From Nitrosopumilus sp. (GTDB taxonomy: Archaea; Thermoproteota; Nitrososphaeria; Nitrososphaerales; Nitrosopumilaceae), in assembly GCA_965214775.1 (NCBI GenBank), contig OZ243974.1:896001-960000 (forward strand): a DNA stretch of 64,000 nucleotides, in the 5' to 3' direction. The notes under the pieces are model-generated. The model searched no databases. It was not told the origin of the DNA and saw only the letters and a program-made list of their open reading frames with translations. The position numbers and the translations under genes are program-made. Of the stretch, positions 1 through 9,633 are shown piece after piece (position 1 is the stretch's first letter; the number at the start of each line of letters is the position of its first letter).

Positions 1-112
1 GGTCAAATCATCGACCTGTTCTGTCTTAGACATGTCTTGTGTTGTGATTTCTCTGCTTTTAAGGGTGACTGATCCGCTAGTCTGCCGGTAATAGGGGTTG
101 GAGATTATCGCC

Positions 113-160
113 TAATTCATCAGAATTGTAATTCATCAGAATTGTAATTCATCAGAATTG
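113..160. repeat. Tandem 16-bp repeat TAATTCATCAGAATTG x3
   Basis: Three exact copies (113-128, 129-144, 145-160). The unit is the inner part of a family-C MITE end and abuts a family-A MITE. Confidence 0.9.
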
Positions 161-270
161 TAACAGGTCGGGCTCTGAAAGTTCAGGCGTGAACTTTGCC
201 ATCTTGGGGAGGTCTTCCATGTAGATTTGTGCCTAAAACCAGGAGCAGCTTCCAGAGCCCGACCTGTTAC
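160..270. mobile_element. MITE family A (111 bp, IS66-type ends)
   Basis: TIR GTAACAGGTCGGGCTCTG...CAGAGCCCGACCTGTTAC, homologous to copies at 12347 and 37001. No TSD visible here. Confidence 0.9.
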
Positions 271-553
271 CATAACTTTTGGGAAGACCGCAGTCATAGG
301 CGGCGTCAAAACACCCGAGAATTTTGATCCCTTTGTCCTTTGGCAGGATCTTTCCATTTTTTTTGAAGGCGAAGCATAAAATGACACCGGTAACACTGCA
401 TCATCGCCTGCCAAAAGAAGACATGGTGGCTTCCACAAACATTTTATCACCGGCCATGCCGAGTCATCATGCAATCAGCAAAGATGAAAGCCTTTCTGAT
501 TGCCGTTGGGGAATGCAACGCAAAAAAATTCCGCTGTAAAAAGAGATGACAAA

Positions 554-1285
554 ATGAACTTTGGGGAAAAATCGAAAATAAAATCAAAGGAAAAAATGAT
601 AGAATTTATGAATTCGGAGCGTATTGGCAGGATTTCTACCATTGATGAGGACGGCTTTTCTTTTATTGCTCCGATGAATTTCGTATTCTATGATGGCGCA
701 ATCTACATTCACGGGTTTCCCAGGGGGGAAAAATATTCCAATATTGAAAGAAATCCCAAGTGTGGTTTTGAGGTTGACAAGGAGCTGGCATTTTTGCCAT
801 CGTATTTTTTCGAGCCGCCGACTGATGCATCAAAGACTGATACCCTGTATGTCAGTGTGGTGATCAAGGGAATGGCCGAATCCGTTGAGGATTTTGACGA
901 AAAAGCAAATGCATTGAACGCACTGATGGAGAAGAGCCAGACAGAGGGGGGATATGAAAAACTATCCTCTGACATGCCTTCGATTCGCGGAGTAAAGCTA
1001 TTGAAGATCATTCCAAAAACCATGACTGGAAAGTACAAGCTTGGCCAGTACTGGAATGAGGACAAGAAACTGCAAGTAACTGCAAGACTCTTGGAAAGAT
1101 CTGTAAAAAACCCAAAACAAACCCTCAAGCTGCTAAACATTGCGGGATTGGACAAGTTAGACGATGAAACCACAAAAAATCTGGCATGGCTGCATGCATT
1201 GGATCTGGCAAAAATGATGGGATACACGAACACTGCAGAATACCCTGAGATATCGCTATCTAAAGCAGAAGATGTGGACTGGTAG
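554..1285 (+). CDS. Pyridoxamine 5'-phosphate oxidase / NimA-like FMN-binding protein
   Basis: GRISTID..G.SFIAPMNFV..IYIHG...GEK...NPKCGFEVD...YVSVVIKG pattern. ATG at 554 preferred over TTG at 500. Confidence 0.8.
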   Translation: MNFGEKSKIKSKEKMIEFMNSERIGRISTIDEDGFSFIAPMNFVFYDGAIYIHGFPRGEKYSNIERNPKCGFEVDKELAFLPSYFFEPPTDASKTDTLYVSVVIKGMAESVEDFDEKANALNALMEKSQTEGGYEKLSSDMPSIRGVKLLKIIPKTMTGKYKLGQYWNEDKKLQVTARLLERSVKNPKQTLKLLNIAGLDKLDDETTKNLAWLHALDLAKMMGYTNTAEYPEISLSKAEDVDW

Positions 1286-1398
1286 CCAGCTCTCATTTTC
1301 ACCCTGCTTGATTGAGGTGCAGGGCCACGCATGCCTTGCCGGCATTTCCATTCTAGTTACAAAACAACAACGCCTCATTTTGTTTTAGTGGTTTGACG

Positions 1399-1528
1399 GG
1401 GGTTGTCGCTTAATTTATCTATCTGGCTCAATCTACACGTTTTTCTGAACTTCCGTATACCCTGCACGCCTAGATCCTGATGACGTCATATGGTTTTCAG
1501 GAATTCTGATAAATTAGGCGACAACCCC
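1399..1528. mobile_element. MITE family C (130 bp, IS256-like ends)
   Basis: TIR GGGGTTGTCGC(T/C)TAATT...AATTAGGCGACAACCCC with 9-bp TSD GGTTTGACG (1390-1398, 1529-1537). Confidence 0.9.
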
Positions 1529-1579
1529 GGTTTGACGTGCAGATTCACGGTATTGTTTGATTGCGAATTTTTCGTGACT

Positions 1580-1662
1580 TATAGCAACGGGCAGAAGTCT
1601 TTGAATCAAAATAGGTCACAACTACACGTAAAAAACCTCAATTATTTCTGCTCGTTGCTATA
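1580..1662. mobile_element. MITE family B (TA-ended, IS630/Tc1-type)
   Basis: TATAGCAACGGGCAGAA...TTCTGCTCGTTGCTATA. Other copies at 12270 and 50312. Confidence 0.85.
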
Positions 1663-1927
1663 TATGAATGACGGTCAAAGGATGGGTGACTACACACGTT
1701 AAATCGATTAAAATGCCTGCAAATGACAGGTTGTCTGTATGTAAGTTACTTGACAAATGTACAGAAAAATCCTAGCATTTGCAGTTTCTAATTTCGGGTT
1801 ATATCTCTGGCGTGGAGGGCAAGGGACAAACCCATAGTAGACGAAGTCATGAAGCTAGTTTAGTGACGTTATCTAATACTTGATTGAGTTGACAACCATT
1901 TTAAACAAGAGCTGTGGCAATACACTA

Positions 1928-3091
1928 ATGCCGTATCTTGACTACAACGCTACGACGCCAGTAGATCCGATCGTGCTAGATAAGATGCTGCCACTGTTCC
2001 AATCGCGTTTTGGAAATCCGGCAAGCGCCACACATGAGACGGGCAGACTGGCAGCCGATGCGGTAGAGGAGGCCCGCGATCAGATTGCCGATGCCGTCGG
2101 GTGCGGCAAATCTGACATAATATTCACGTCAGGTGCTACCGAGGCCAACAACACCGTACTATTCGGGCTAGCAGATGCAAAGTCGGATCGTATGATACTT
2201 GCAGGGACAACCGAGCACAAGTCAGTCTTGGAGATGTGTAAAAGATTAGAGAAGGACAATGTTGCCGTAGGATATGTTCCGGTGGATCCAGATGGTGTCA
2301 CGGATCTGGCAAAGCTAGACAAGATGCTTGAATCCGACATGGTAGATCTGGTATCCATCATGGCAGCCAACAGCGAGACAGGGGTCATACAGCCGGTAAA
2401 GACAATTACAGAGATCGTGCACAGGCACGGTGCTCTGTTCCATTGTGACGCCACGCAGGCCATCGGCAAGATCCCCCTCAACGTACAAGATCTGGGAATA
2501 GACGTGGCTACGATGAGTAGCCACAAGATTTATGGCCCCAAGGGATGCGGCGCGATAATAGCTACAAGAGATGTGCGCAGGAAACTAAGACCCATGATGT
2601 ACGGCGGCGGCCAGGAAAACGACATGCGGAGCGGCACCCTCAACGTGCCTGCCATAGTGGGATTCGGCTTGGCATGCCACATGGCAGCAATCAATTGGAT
2701 CAGGGATGCCCCAAGACAAAGGGAGTTGAGAGATTATTTCGAGAAAGAGCTGACTGGAAAGATAGCAGACGTTACGATAAACGGCATTAATGCAGAGAGG
2801 CTTCCAAACACATCAAACATACGTATAACTGGCGCACTAGCTGATGCTGTTATGACAAATGCTAGTAGGGTAGAGATATCCACAGGAAGCGCTTGCTCAT
2901 CGTCTACGATGGAGCCATCCCATGTTCTAATGGCGATGGGACTTGACAGAACCGCAGCAGATGAGTCACTGCGAGTATCGCTAGGCAGACCAACTACGAT
3001 GGAGGAGATCAAGCTTGCCGTCGACGAGATTGCAAAGGCAACCAAGTATGTACGAGCAAAGGAAGCCGAGATTCCCAGGAGGATGGTCTGA
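1928..3091 (+). CDS. sspA: Cysteine desulfurase (IscS/NifS class I), SspA-like by context
   Basis: YLDYNATT, SGATEANN, PLP lysine motif SSHKIYGPKG, RSGTLNV, catalytic STGSAC. In an operon with DUF4007 and ATPase genes. Confidence 0.85.
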   Translation: MPYLDYNATTPVDPIVLDKMLPLFQSRFGNPASATHETGRLAADAVEEARDQIADAVGCGKSDIIFTSGATEANNTVLFGLADAKSDRMILAGTTEHKSVLEMCKRLEKDNVAVGYVPVDPDGVTDLAKLDKMLESDMVDLVSIMAANSETGVIQPVKTITEIVHRHGALFHCDATQAIGKIPLNVQDLGIDVATMSSHKIYGPKGCGAIIATRDVRRKLRPMMYGGGQENDMRSGTLNVPAIVGFGLACHMAAINWIRDAPRQRELRDYFEKELTGKIADVTINGINAERLPNTSNIRITGALADAVMTNASRVEISTGSACSSSTMEPSHVLMAMGLDRTAADESLRVSLGRPTTMEEIKLAVDEIAKATKYVRAKEAEIPRRMV

Positions 3092-4070
3092 CCTGCTGAT
3101 CACAGAGGCCATCGAGACTCCGACTTTTGCAAACCACGAATCTTTTCACCTGAGATACGGATGGCTCAAAAAGGCATATGACGCAGTGATGGAAAACCCG
3201 CGTATCTTTGTATTCGATGACGCGCCGATCAGGCTAGGCGTAGGAAAAAACATGGTTCGTGCCATCCGGTTCTGGGCACTATCTAGCAAGATGATTGAGC
3301 CACGTGGAGATAGGAAGGGAACCAAAAATCCAGAGGTCGAGCCCACCCGTCTAGGGCATGCCATATTCAGGGACGGAGACGGCCTTGATCCATACCTAGA
3401 AGATCCCCAGACGCTATGGCTTTTGCACTGGCTCTTGTTTGCACCCCCGTGTAGGATCCCAATATGGTGGATAATATTAAACGAATTTACGGCCACAAAT
3501 ATCAAGACTGACGATCTTGCAGAATCAATCCAGCACCGAGTTACGAACATATCAGAGTGGAACACTCCCAGCGCAAATTCGGTAAAAAAGGACATCGATG
3601 TGTTCATCCATACATATACAACAAAGCAGGGAAAGCTAGCCACGGAGGATTATCTAGATTGTCCGTTCAGGCAAATGCACATGATCAGGCAGCAGGAGGG
3701 TTCACAGGACACGATGCGCTTTGTATTTGGCAGAAAATACGGAATGACTCCGAAAATAACAGCGTTTGCGTGTCTTGACTTTATTGACAGATTGGGTATT
3801 ACGTCAAAAAGCGTGTCTGTCACTAGGCTTGCAACCGAAGCAGGATGTGTTGGAAACGCCTTTAAGATAGGTGAAAACGACCTTGCCGATCTTCTAAACG
3901 ACGCATGTTTGACCACTGATCAGATACGCATGGAGAACGTCAATGGAGCGCAACATCTAGTGTTTGATGATGCTAGAATCGCGGCAGAGAGGGTGCTCGG
4001 GGAGGCATACAATAAAGACAGATTCAGGCTATCCAAGATACAAACAATGGAGGCGTTGATAACGGATTGA
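3015..4070 (+). CDS. sspB: DUF4007 family protein (SspB-like nickase); true start probably near 3093
   Basis: FANHESFHLRYGWLKK, LGVGKNMVRAIRFW and DPYLEDPQTLWLLHW are DUF4007 hallmarks. Confidence 0.85.
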   Translation: MPSTRLQRQPSMYEQRKPRFPGGWSDLLITEAIETPTFANHESFHLRYGWLKKAYDAVMENPRIFVFDDAPIRLGVGKNMVRAIRFWALSSKMIEPRGDRKGTKNPEVEPTRLGHAIFRDGDGLDPYLEDPQTLWLLHWLLFAPPCRIPIWWIILNEFTATNIKTDDLAESIQHRVTNISEWNTPSANSVKKDIDVFIHTYTTKQGKLATEDYLDCPFRQMHMIRQQEGSQDTMRFVFGRKYGMTPKITAFACLDFIDRLGITSKSVSVTRLATEAGCVGNAFKIGENDLADLLNDACLTTDQIRMENVNGAQHLVFDDARIAAERVLGEAYNKDRFRLSKIQTMEALITD

Positions 4071-7000
4071 AGACAATAGGTAAGGAAGCGTCCAGAATCC
4101 TGCTTTCCCACATAGTTGGGGTTCCCCCAAAGACGTATCCGTCCACAAACATAGAGCAGGACGACGTTACGCTGCTTCAAAACTACCTTCCAAGTGCAAG
4201 CACCCTAGAGATAATAGACCGGTTTTCTGCCGGACTGCGTGGGGCCAAAAGCGGTAGGATGATCTCGGTGACCGGCCCGTACGGATCAGGTAAATCCACC
4301 ATGGCCGCATTCCTAAAGGGTCTTCTTGCCCCAAAAAACAGTAAAGAGTGGAAGGCGGCCCACAACATTCTCAAAAAAGAGCCAGACAGCTACAGGCAAT
4401 CCATGCTATATGCGAGAAGAAAGGCAGGCATACACAAGGATGGGATGATAGTCTGCACCATAACTGCTCGACGCGAGCCGATATCTGCCACCTTGTTGCG
4501 GGGTATAGATGGTGGACTCACAAGGCGTTTTACACATTACACAAAGAAACACTTCCCATCGGCAATCCTGCTGCGTCAGTACTTGAAGGATCTAAAATAC
4601 AGCAACAAGATTCCAGATGCGGCCAAGCTGATCGAGTTGATCGAAGATGTCGCACGAATATCCCCTACCGCCATCATAATAGACGAGTTTGGCAAGAATA
4701 TAGAGTACTTTACGACGGACGAGTCACAGCAGAGCGACCTGTTTCTGCTTCAGGAGCTCGCAGAAAGATCAGGCAAGAGCCGCAGGATCCCGCTGTCCAT
4801 AGTAACGCTGCAGCACATGGCATTTGAGGAGTACGCCGTAGGTGCATCTGTCACGCAAAAGCGCGAGTGGGCAAAGATCCAGGGACGCTTTGAGGACATC
4901 CCGTTTGCCAACTCACCAGAGCAGACTAGGTTGCTAGTATCAGGCACCATAAAACGCACCCCAAACACAGCACATGCAAGGCACGTAAGGTCGTGGGCCG
5001 TAAAAGAATCCAAGATCATGCAGGATCTTGGAATTGGCATGGGTTCGGATCCTGATCTCATAGCATCATGCTATCCCATCAATCCACTCACTCTGGAGGC
5101 TCTTCCCGAGATGTGCTCCCGATACGGCCAGCACGAGAGAACCTTGCTGTCATTTATCTCAGACTCGAAAAAACACACCGTTGCCACGTTTATTGACGAG
5201 CACTACTGGAATCCACAATTCCCGCCATCCGTTGGACTTGATGTACTCTATGATTATTTCATAGCAGGCACCAGCATGATACACTCTAGCTCGGCCAATG
5301 TGAGCAGACTGATGGAGATCGAGACCATAATACGTGATACCCACAGCCTAAACGAGATTGAGAAAAAGACGCTCAAGACCATAGGCGTACTCAACCTTAT
5401 CGGAAGATCTGGATATCTGAGGGCTTCCAAAAGACTGATAGGCTATGCGGTAGGACGTGGCTCACGCCAGGCGCTTGACGCGCTTGAGAAAAAATCTGTA
5501 ATAACATACAGAAAACATGCAGACGAGTACAGGATATGGCACGGCACCGACATCGACATTGCAACCAAGTTGGACATGTACCGCAGAAGATATCAGAGGA
5601 CATCGCTGTCGGAGCTGCTGGTTGATGCAATAGACTTGGAGCCAATAGTGGCAGCAAAGCACAGCATAGAAACCGGTACGATGCGTCTCTTTGAGAGGCG
5701 GTTTGCCTTAAAATCTACAGACTGCATGTCCGGTGAGAATTATGACGGCATGATCATGTACAGGGTTGACGGCTCTGAGTTGCCCAAGATGGAAAAACCC
5801 GTAATTACCGTAATGGCAGGAGACACTACCGACCTCAAGTTTGCCGCCATTGAGGTCTCTGCCATACGAGATATCCTCAAGTCCGACGACGAGGTGACAG
5901 CCGATTGGGTGGCAAGAAAGGAGATTGAGGAACGGTTGGCAGATGCCGAGGTCGTATTAGACAGGAAGTTTGCAGAGACGTATGGAGAAACGGCTAGATG
6001 GTCGTATGAAATGGGTGGTAAAGAAATCACATTGAGGGGAAAGCCTAGTACGATGGTGTCGGACATATGCAGTGCCAAATACCCACATACTCCGATAATA
6101 CGCAACGAGATGATAAACCGGACGCTACTTTCTCCACAAGGCTCTATGGCAAAGAAGAGACTTTTGGAATCCATGATAACCCGTCCAAAGGATCCCAAGT
6201 TCGGAATAGAGGGGCACGGGCCGGAGCGCGCAATATACGAGGCAGTCATTTATGAGAACGGCATTCATGCACCAAAGACATCCCTTCAGTGGAAGCTGCA
6301 GGATGCCAAAAATGAAAAGATGCATCCCGTTTGGCACGCCATGTTAAGCAGGATACGAAAAGCAGGGGGCCGCATAATGCTGACTGAGATTTACCGAATC
6401 GCCAAGATGCCGCCGTATGGAGTCAAAGACGGACCGGTGCAGTTGCTCGTAGTTGCGATGATCCTCGCACACATAGACAGCATTGCGCTGTACGAGCACG
6501 GCACGTTTGTTCCAAAACTGCAGCCAGAGGTTGCCGAACGCATGACCAAAAATCCCGAGCATTTTGAGGTAAAATACTTCACAAGGACCAGGACAAAGAA
6601 AATGCTTCTCGAGCAGGTTTGCAAAGATCTAGGCATAACACCGGATGGAAGCATACTTGGCGTGGTCGGATACTTGGTACGTACCGTATCTGCACTGCCG
6701 CCGCACATAAAGCACACCAAAAGACTCGACAGGCACACAACCGCCGTACGTGATGCCATACTCCGTGCAGTAGAGCCAGACACGCTGCTGTTTGAGGCGC
6801 TTCCAGAGATGCTAGGATACAGCTCGGATATATCACAGGCTCAGATCAAAAAGTTTTCAAAGACACTTGCAAAATCTGTTAAGACATTACAAAACGGCTT
6901 TGCAAAGACCGTCGATGACATGTGTAATCTGCTCTTTGACTCCACGGGGATAGACGACAGGATCAATCTGTCAAAAGCCGCAAAGGTGATGGAGTCTAGC

Positions 7001-7420
7001 GTTACAGACCAAAAGATGAAGATGTTTCTGGCAGCCGTATCTGCAGACACACTAGAACGCAAGGAGGACTGGATCAACTATGTCGCAATGAGCCTTACCA
7101 ACATGCCGCCCGCGGACTGGAAGGACGAGCAGCGCGACATGTTTGAGAACAGCCTAAGTGCAATATCTGCCAAGTTTAATAGGCTTGCGGAAATACATTT
7201 TGGTGACATCTCCGATAATTTTGTAAAACCATCATATCAGGTTACTGTAACATATGCAGACGGACATGAACATTACAATGTAGTATCGTTAAGACCTGAG
7301 CAAAAAAAGAAGGTGGAAAAAATTGCGGCCAAAATATTACGTGATATGAAGAAGGCTGGACTGACAGATAAGGATCTTAATGGACTAATAGCCGTGTTGA
7401 GCTCCAAATCCCGGGTGTAG
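4067..7420 (+). CDS. sspC: Large P-loop ATPase (SspC-like)
   Basis: Walker A GPYGSGKS, Walker B IIIDEFGKNIEY, EWAKIQGRFEDIPF, YGQHERTLLSF. 4-bp overlap with the DUF4007 gene. Confidence 0.8.
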   Translation: MKTIGKEASRILLSHIVGVPPKTYPSTNIEQDDVTLLQNYLPSASTLEIIDRFSAGLRGAKSGRMISVTGPYGSGKSTMAAFLKGLLAPKNSKEWKAAHNILKKEPDSYRQSMLYARRKAGIHKDGMIVCTITARREPISATLLRGIDGGLTRRFTHYTKKHFPSAILLRQYLKDLKYSNKIPDAAKLIELIEDVARISPTAIIIDEFGKNIEYFTTDESQQSDLFLLQELAERSGKSRRIPLSIVTLQHMAFEEYAVGASVTQKREWAKIQGRFEDIPFANSPEQTRLLVSGTIKRTPNTAHARHVRSWAVKESKIMQDLGIGMGSDPDLIASCYPINPLTLEALPEMCSRYGQHERTLLSFISDSKKHTVATFIDEHYWNPQFPPSVGLDVLYDYFIAGTSMIHSSSANVSRLMEIETIIRDTHSLNEIEKKTLKTIGVLNLIGRSGYLRASKRLIGYAVGRGSRQALDALEKKSVITYRKHADEYRIWHGTDIDIATKLDMYRRRYQRTSLSELLVDAIDLEPIVAAKHSIETGTMRLFERRFALKSTDCMSGENYDGMIMYRVDGSELPKMEKPVITVMAGDTTDLKFAAIEVSAIRDILKSDDEVTADWVARKEIEERLADAEVVLDRKFAETYGETARWSYEMGGKEITLRGKPSTMVSDICSAKYPHTPIIRNEMINRTLLSPQGSMAKKRLLESMITRPKDPKFGIEGHGPERAIYEAVIYENGIHAPKTSLQWKLQDAKNEKMHPVWHAMLSRIRKAGGRIMLTEIYRIAKMPPYGVKDGPVQLLVVAMILAHIDSIALYEHGTFVPKLQPEVAERMTKNPEHFEVKYFTRTRTKKMLLEQVCKDLGITPDGSILGVVGYLVRTVSALPPHIKHTKRLDRHTTAVRDAILRAVEPDTLLFEALPEMLGYSSDISQAQIKKFSKTLAKSVKTLQNGFAKTVDDMCNLLFDSTGIDDRINLSKAAKVMESSVTDQKMKMFLAAVSADTLERKEDWINYVAMSLTNMPPADWKDEQRDMFENSLSAISAKFNRLAEIHFGDISDNFVKPSYQVTVTYADGHEHYNVVSLRPEQKKKVEKIAAKILRDMKKAGLTDKDLNGLIAVLSSKSRV

Positions 7421-7424
7421 AGCC

Positions 7425-7733
7425 ATGTTGGTCGGGGCGATGGATGTTTCTGGAAATCCAGAGAAAGGAAACTATGTGTTTATGGGAATTGTACTTGGCA
7501 CAAAAGAAAATCTTGATGCCATGATTAATAATTTACAGTTGAATAAGATCCCCTCCCCAACAGTTAAACAAAACCAAATTCGCAGTGATCTTGTATCTAA
7601 AATTCGATTTAACCGCAGAGAAAATATTGGATTCTGCATACGATTGGACAGGAAGGAAATAATCAGTGGTGTCAAAGAGAAAATTGACTCTACTAAATAT
7701 GCGGCGATTTATCAAAGATACAACCAGCTGTAG
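7425..7733 (+). pseudogene. Truncated DUF3800-like (RNase H-fold) protein
   Basis: N-terminal GAMDVSGN...YVFMGIV resembles the DUF3800 DESG start. The ORF stops where IS630-associated sequence begins (7730). Confidence 0.45.
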
Positions 7734-7892
7734 TTAATTCATAAAAAAACGAACAATTTTGACAACTGCTTTTGATCCAAACATTAAGATCAGGCAAACC
7801 ATCGCACATGCATGGGAAAACAGGCAGAATTTGTGGCATCAAGGGACAAATTCCTGGGCAAGCAAAGCACTCACGCCTTTGCAAGGCGTACT

Positions 7893-8025
7893 AGACCCGA
7901 CAGTATGGAATACGACAGTTGTTGTTGCTGCAGTAGTTAATTCGTGCATGGGGGGTTTGACATACTGCCACACAAGACCCGACAGTATGGAATACGACAG
8001 TTGTTGTTGCTACTGCTGCAGTAGT
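7893..8025. repeat. Direct repeat pair at the IS630 3' end
   Basis: 37-bp identical AGACCCGACAGTATGGAATACGACAGTTGTTGTTGCT at 7893 and 7975, each followed by GCAGTAGT. Confidence 0.85.
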
Positions 8026-8999
8026 CAGCCCATCAAATATCGGAACATCTTTACCGGTAGGATCTCTCCACTGGCAAACATCTTCCGCACGGACTGCTCC
8101 ATCTCATCAAGCGTATCAAACATCTTGGCAGACAGCCTCCGCTTTATCTCCCTCCACTGTATCTCTACAGGATTGAGCTCCGGCGCGTACGGCGGCAGGT
8201 ACTCCAGTATTATCTCGCCCTTGTACTTTTCCAGCATCTCCCTTACGCCGACAGACTTGTGGTATGACGCATTATCCAGGAATATCAACACCTTTCCGTA
8301 CTTTTCGTGCACCTTTTCCAAAAAGTCGCAAAAGCTGTCGGTGTTGGTCTTGTCATAGAACATATAGTAGAATATGTTAACTGCCAGCACGCCGAACATG
8401 TACCGGCGCTGCCGTGACAGCGATACGGGCGCCGTGACGCTCATGCCGCGCCTGAGCCACCCGTGTTTGGGGCTGTTTGAGGTCTTTTGTATGGATGACT
8501 CGTCTTCTGCCAGTACCGTATACCCTTGCGCCTCCTTTTCCCGTATCAGCTCCTGGGATGCCTCCTTGAACTCGTTCTGCTTTTGTTTTGAGACGGCCTT
8601 TGGGTTCTTTGGCCTCGGCTTCCTCCATGAGAACCCAAGCTCGCGTGCCAGCAGCCGCGTGCCGCTCTTGCTGTATTCTATGCCGAACTTCTTTTTGATG
8701 TGCCGTCTCATCAGGCCCGAGTCCCACAGGCTGCTCTCAAAACCGCACTCCTCGGATCCTGACTTGAGATCCGCCGCAAGCTGTTTCAGCTGCGACTCAC
8801 TCAGCTTGTGCTTGCGTCCCCTGCCTGGCCGCTCGTGCCTTGCACGTATTCCCTCGTCCTGTGCGCGGATGAGCCACTTGGATATGGTGGAATGTGCCCG
8901 GTCGAGGTTCTTTGCTATCTGTTCCACACCAAGCTCGTCCTTGCTTGCTATCCCGTGCAGGAACGCTGTTCCCACCGGTAATTCCTTTTTTCTTTTCAT
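8025..8999 (-). mobile_element. IS630-family transposase, intact single ORF
   Basis: HTH region (GRGRKHKLS..W..LGFSWRKPR) and DDE triad AEDESS / FLDNASYH / PELNPVEIQW. Confidence 0.92.
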
Positions 9000-9255
9000 G
9001 TGTATATATGGGATTGGCAGATCTTATCCCTTGGTTGAAAAAAATTCTCCTTTTTGTAATCAATTGGTAGCCGTGAATACTACGGCACCATAGATATTTT
9101 TTTAATACAAGGGATTCAACATGATCAGGAGATTTTACGGAATTTGCCGAGCACCGGCATCAGCATGGTGCCAGGTCTGCTTAAAATAGACGGCTAACTT
9201 CCGTTAGCCAGATCCCATCAAGGTTTATAACCAAAAATTAGGCAGTTGTCTCAAA

Positions 9256-9633
9256 ATGGGATTGGCAAACGATGTCATCAAGGAGATCGGAAACAGGTCA
9301 AGAGAGTTCTACGAATTTGTTCTGCCGCCAGTTGACATGCATCTAAACAGAGACAGTCTCAAAATAGTAATTGACATTCCCGGATTCTCAAAAAAAGATA
9401 TCAAGCTGGTATTGTGCGGAGACATCCTGTCAATCAAGGCACAGAAGGAAACCAAAGAAGACCAAACGTTGATTTTAAGCCAGCGTCCATACATCATCGA
9501 TAAAAAGATCAGGCTTCCCATCAAAATCAAACAGGGAGAAGAAGAGCAGACCGGTTCTGCAAAATACGAAGACGGTACTTTGACATTGGTTATTCCCGTA
9601 AAAAATCCAGGAAGAGATATTTCCATAGAATAG
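9256..9633 (+). CDS. Small heat-shock protein (Hsp20/alpha-crystallin)
   Basis: PPVDM..IDIPGFSKKDI...AKYEDGTLTLVIP. Confidence 0.88.
   Translation: MGLANDVIKEIGNRSREFYEFVLPPVDMHLNRDSLKIVIDIPGFSKKDIKLVLCGDILSIKAQKETKEDQTLILSQRPYIIDKKIRLPIKIKQGEEEQTGSAKYEDGTLTLVIPVKNPGRDISIE

Noticed and set aside
136-539. Short ORFs at the window start, and similar ORFs at 1490, 13340, 38270, 49035, 50432 and 61277
   Set aside because: They are translations of MITE or decayed intergenic sequence.
1928-7420. BREX type 4 or a housekeeping Isc/Suf locus
   Set aside because: No PglZ, BrxL or PAPS-reductase fusion and no IscU/SufBD neighbours; the gene trio fits Ssp better.
9086-9200. Continuation of the truncated 7425 gene beyond IS630
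   Set aside because: The open frame there lacks a QLAD-type motif and no target duplication links it to 7730.
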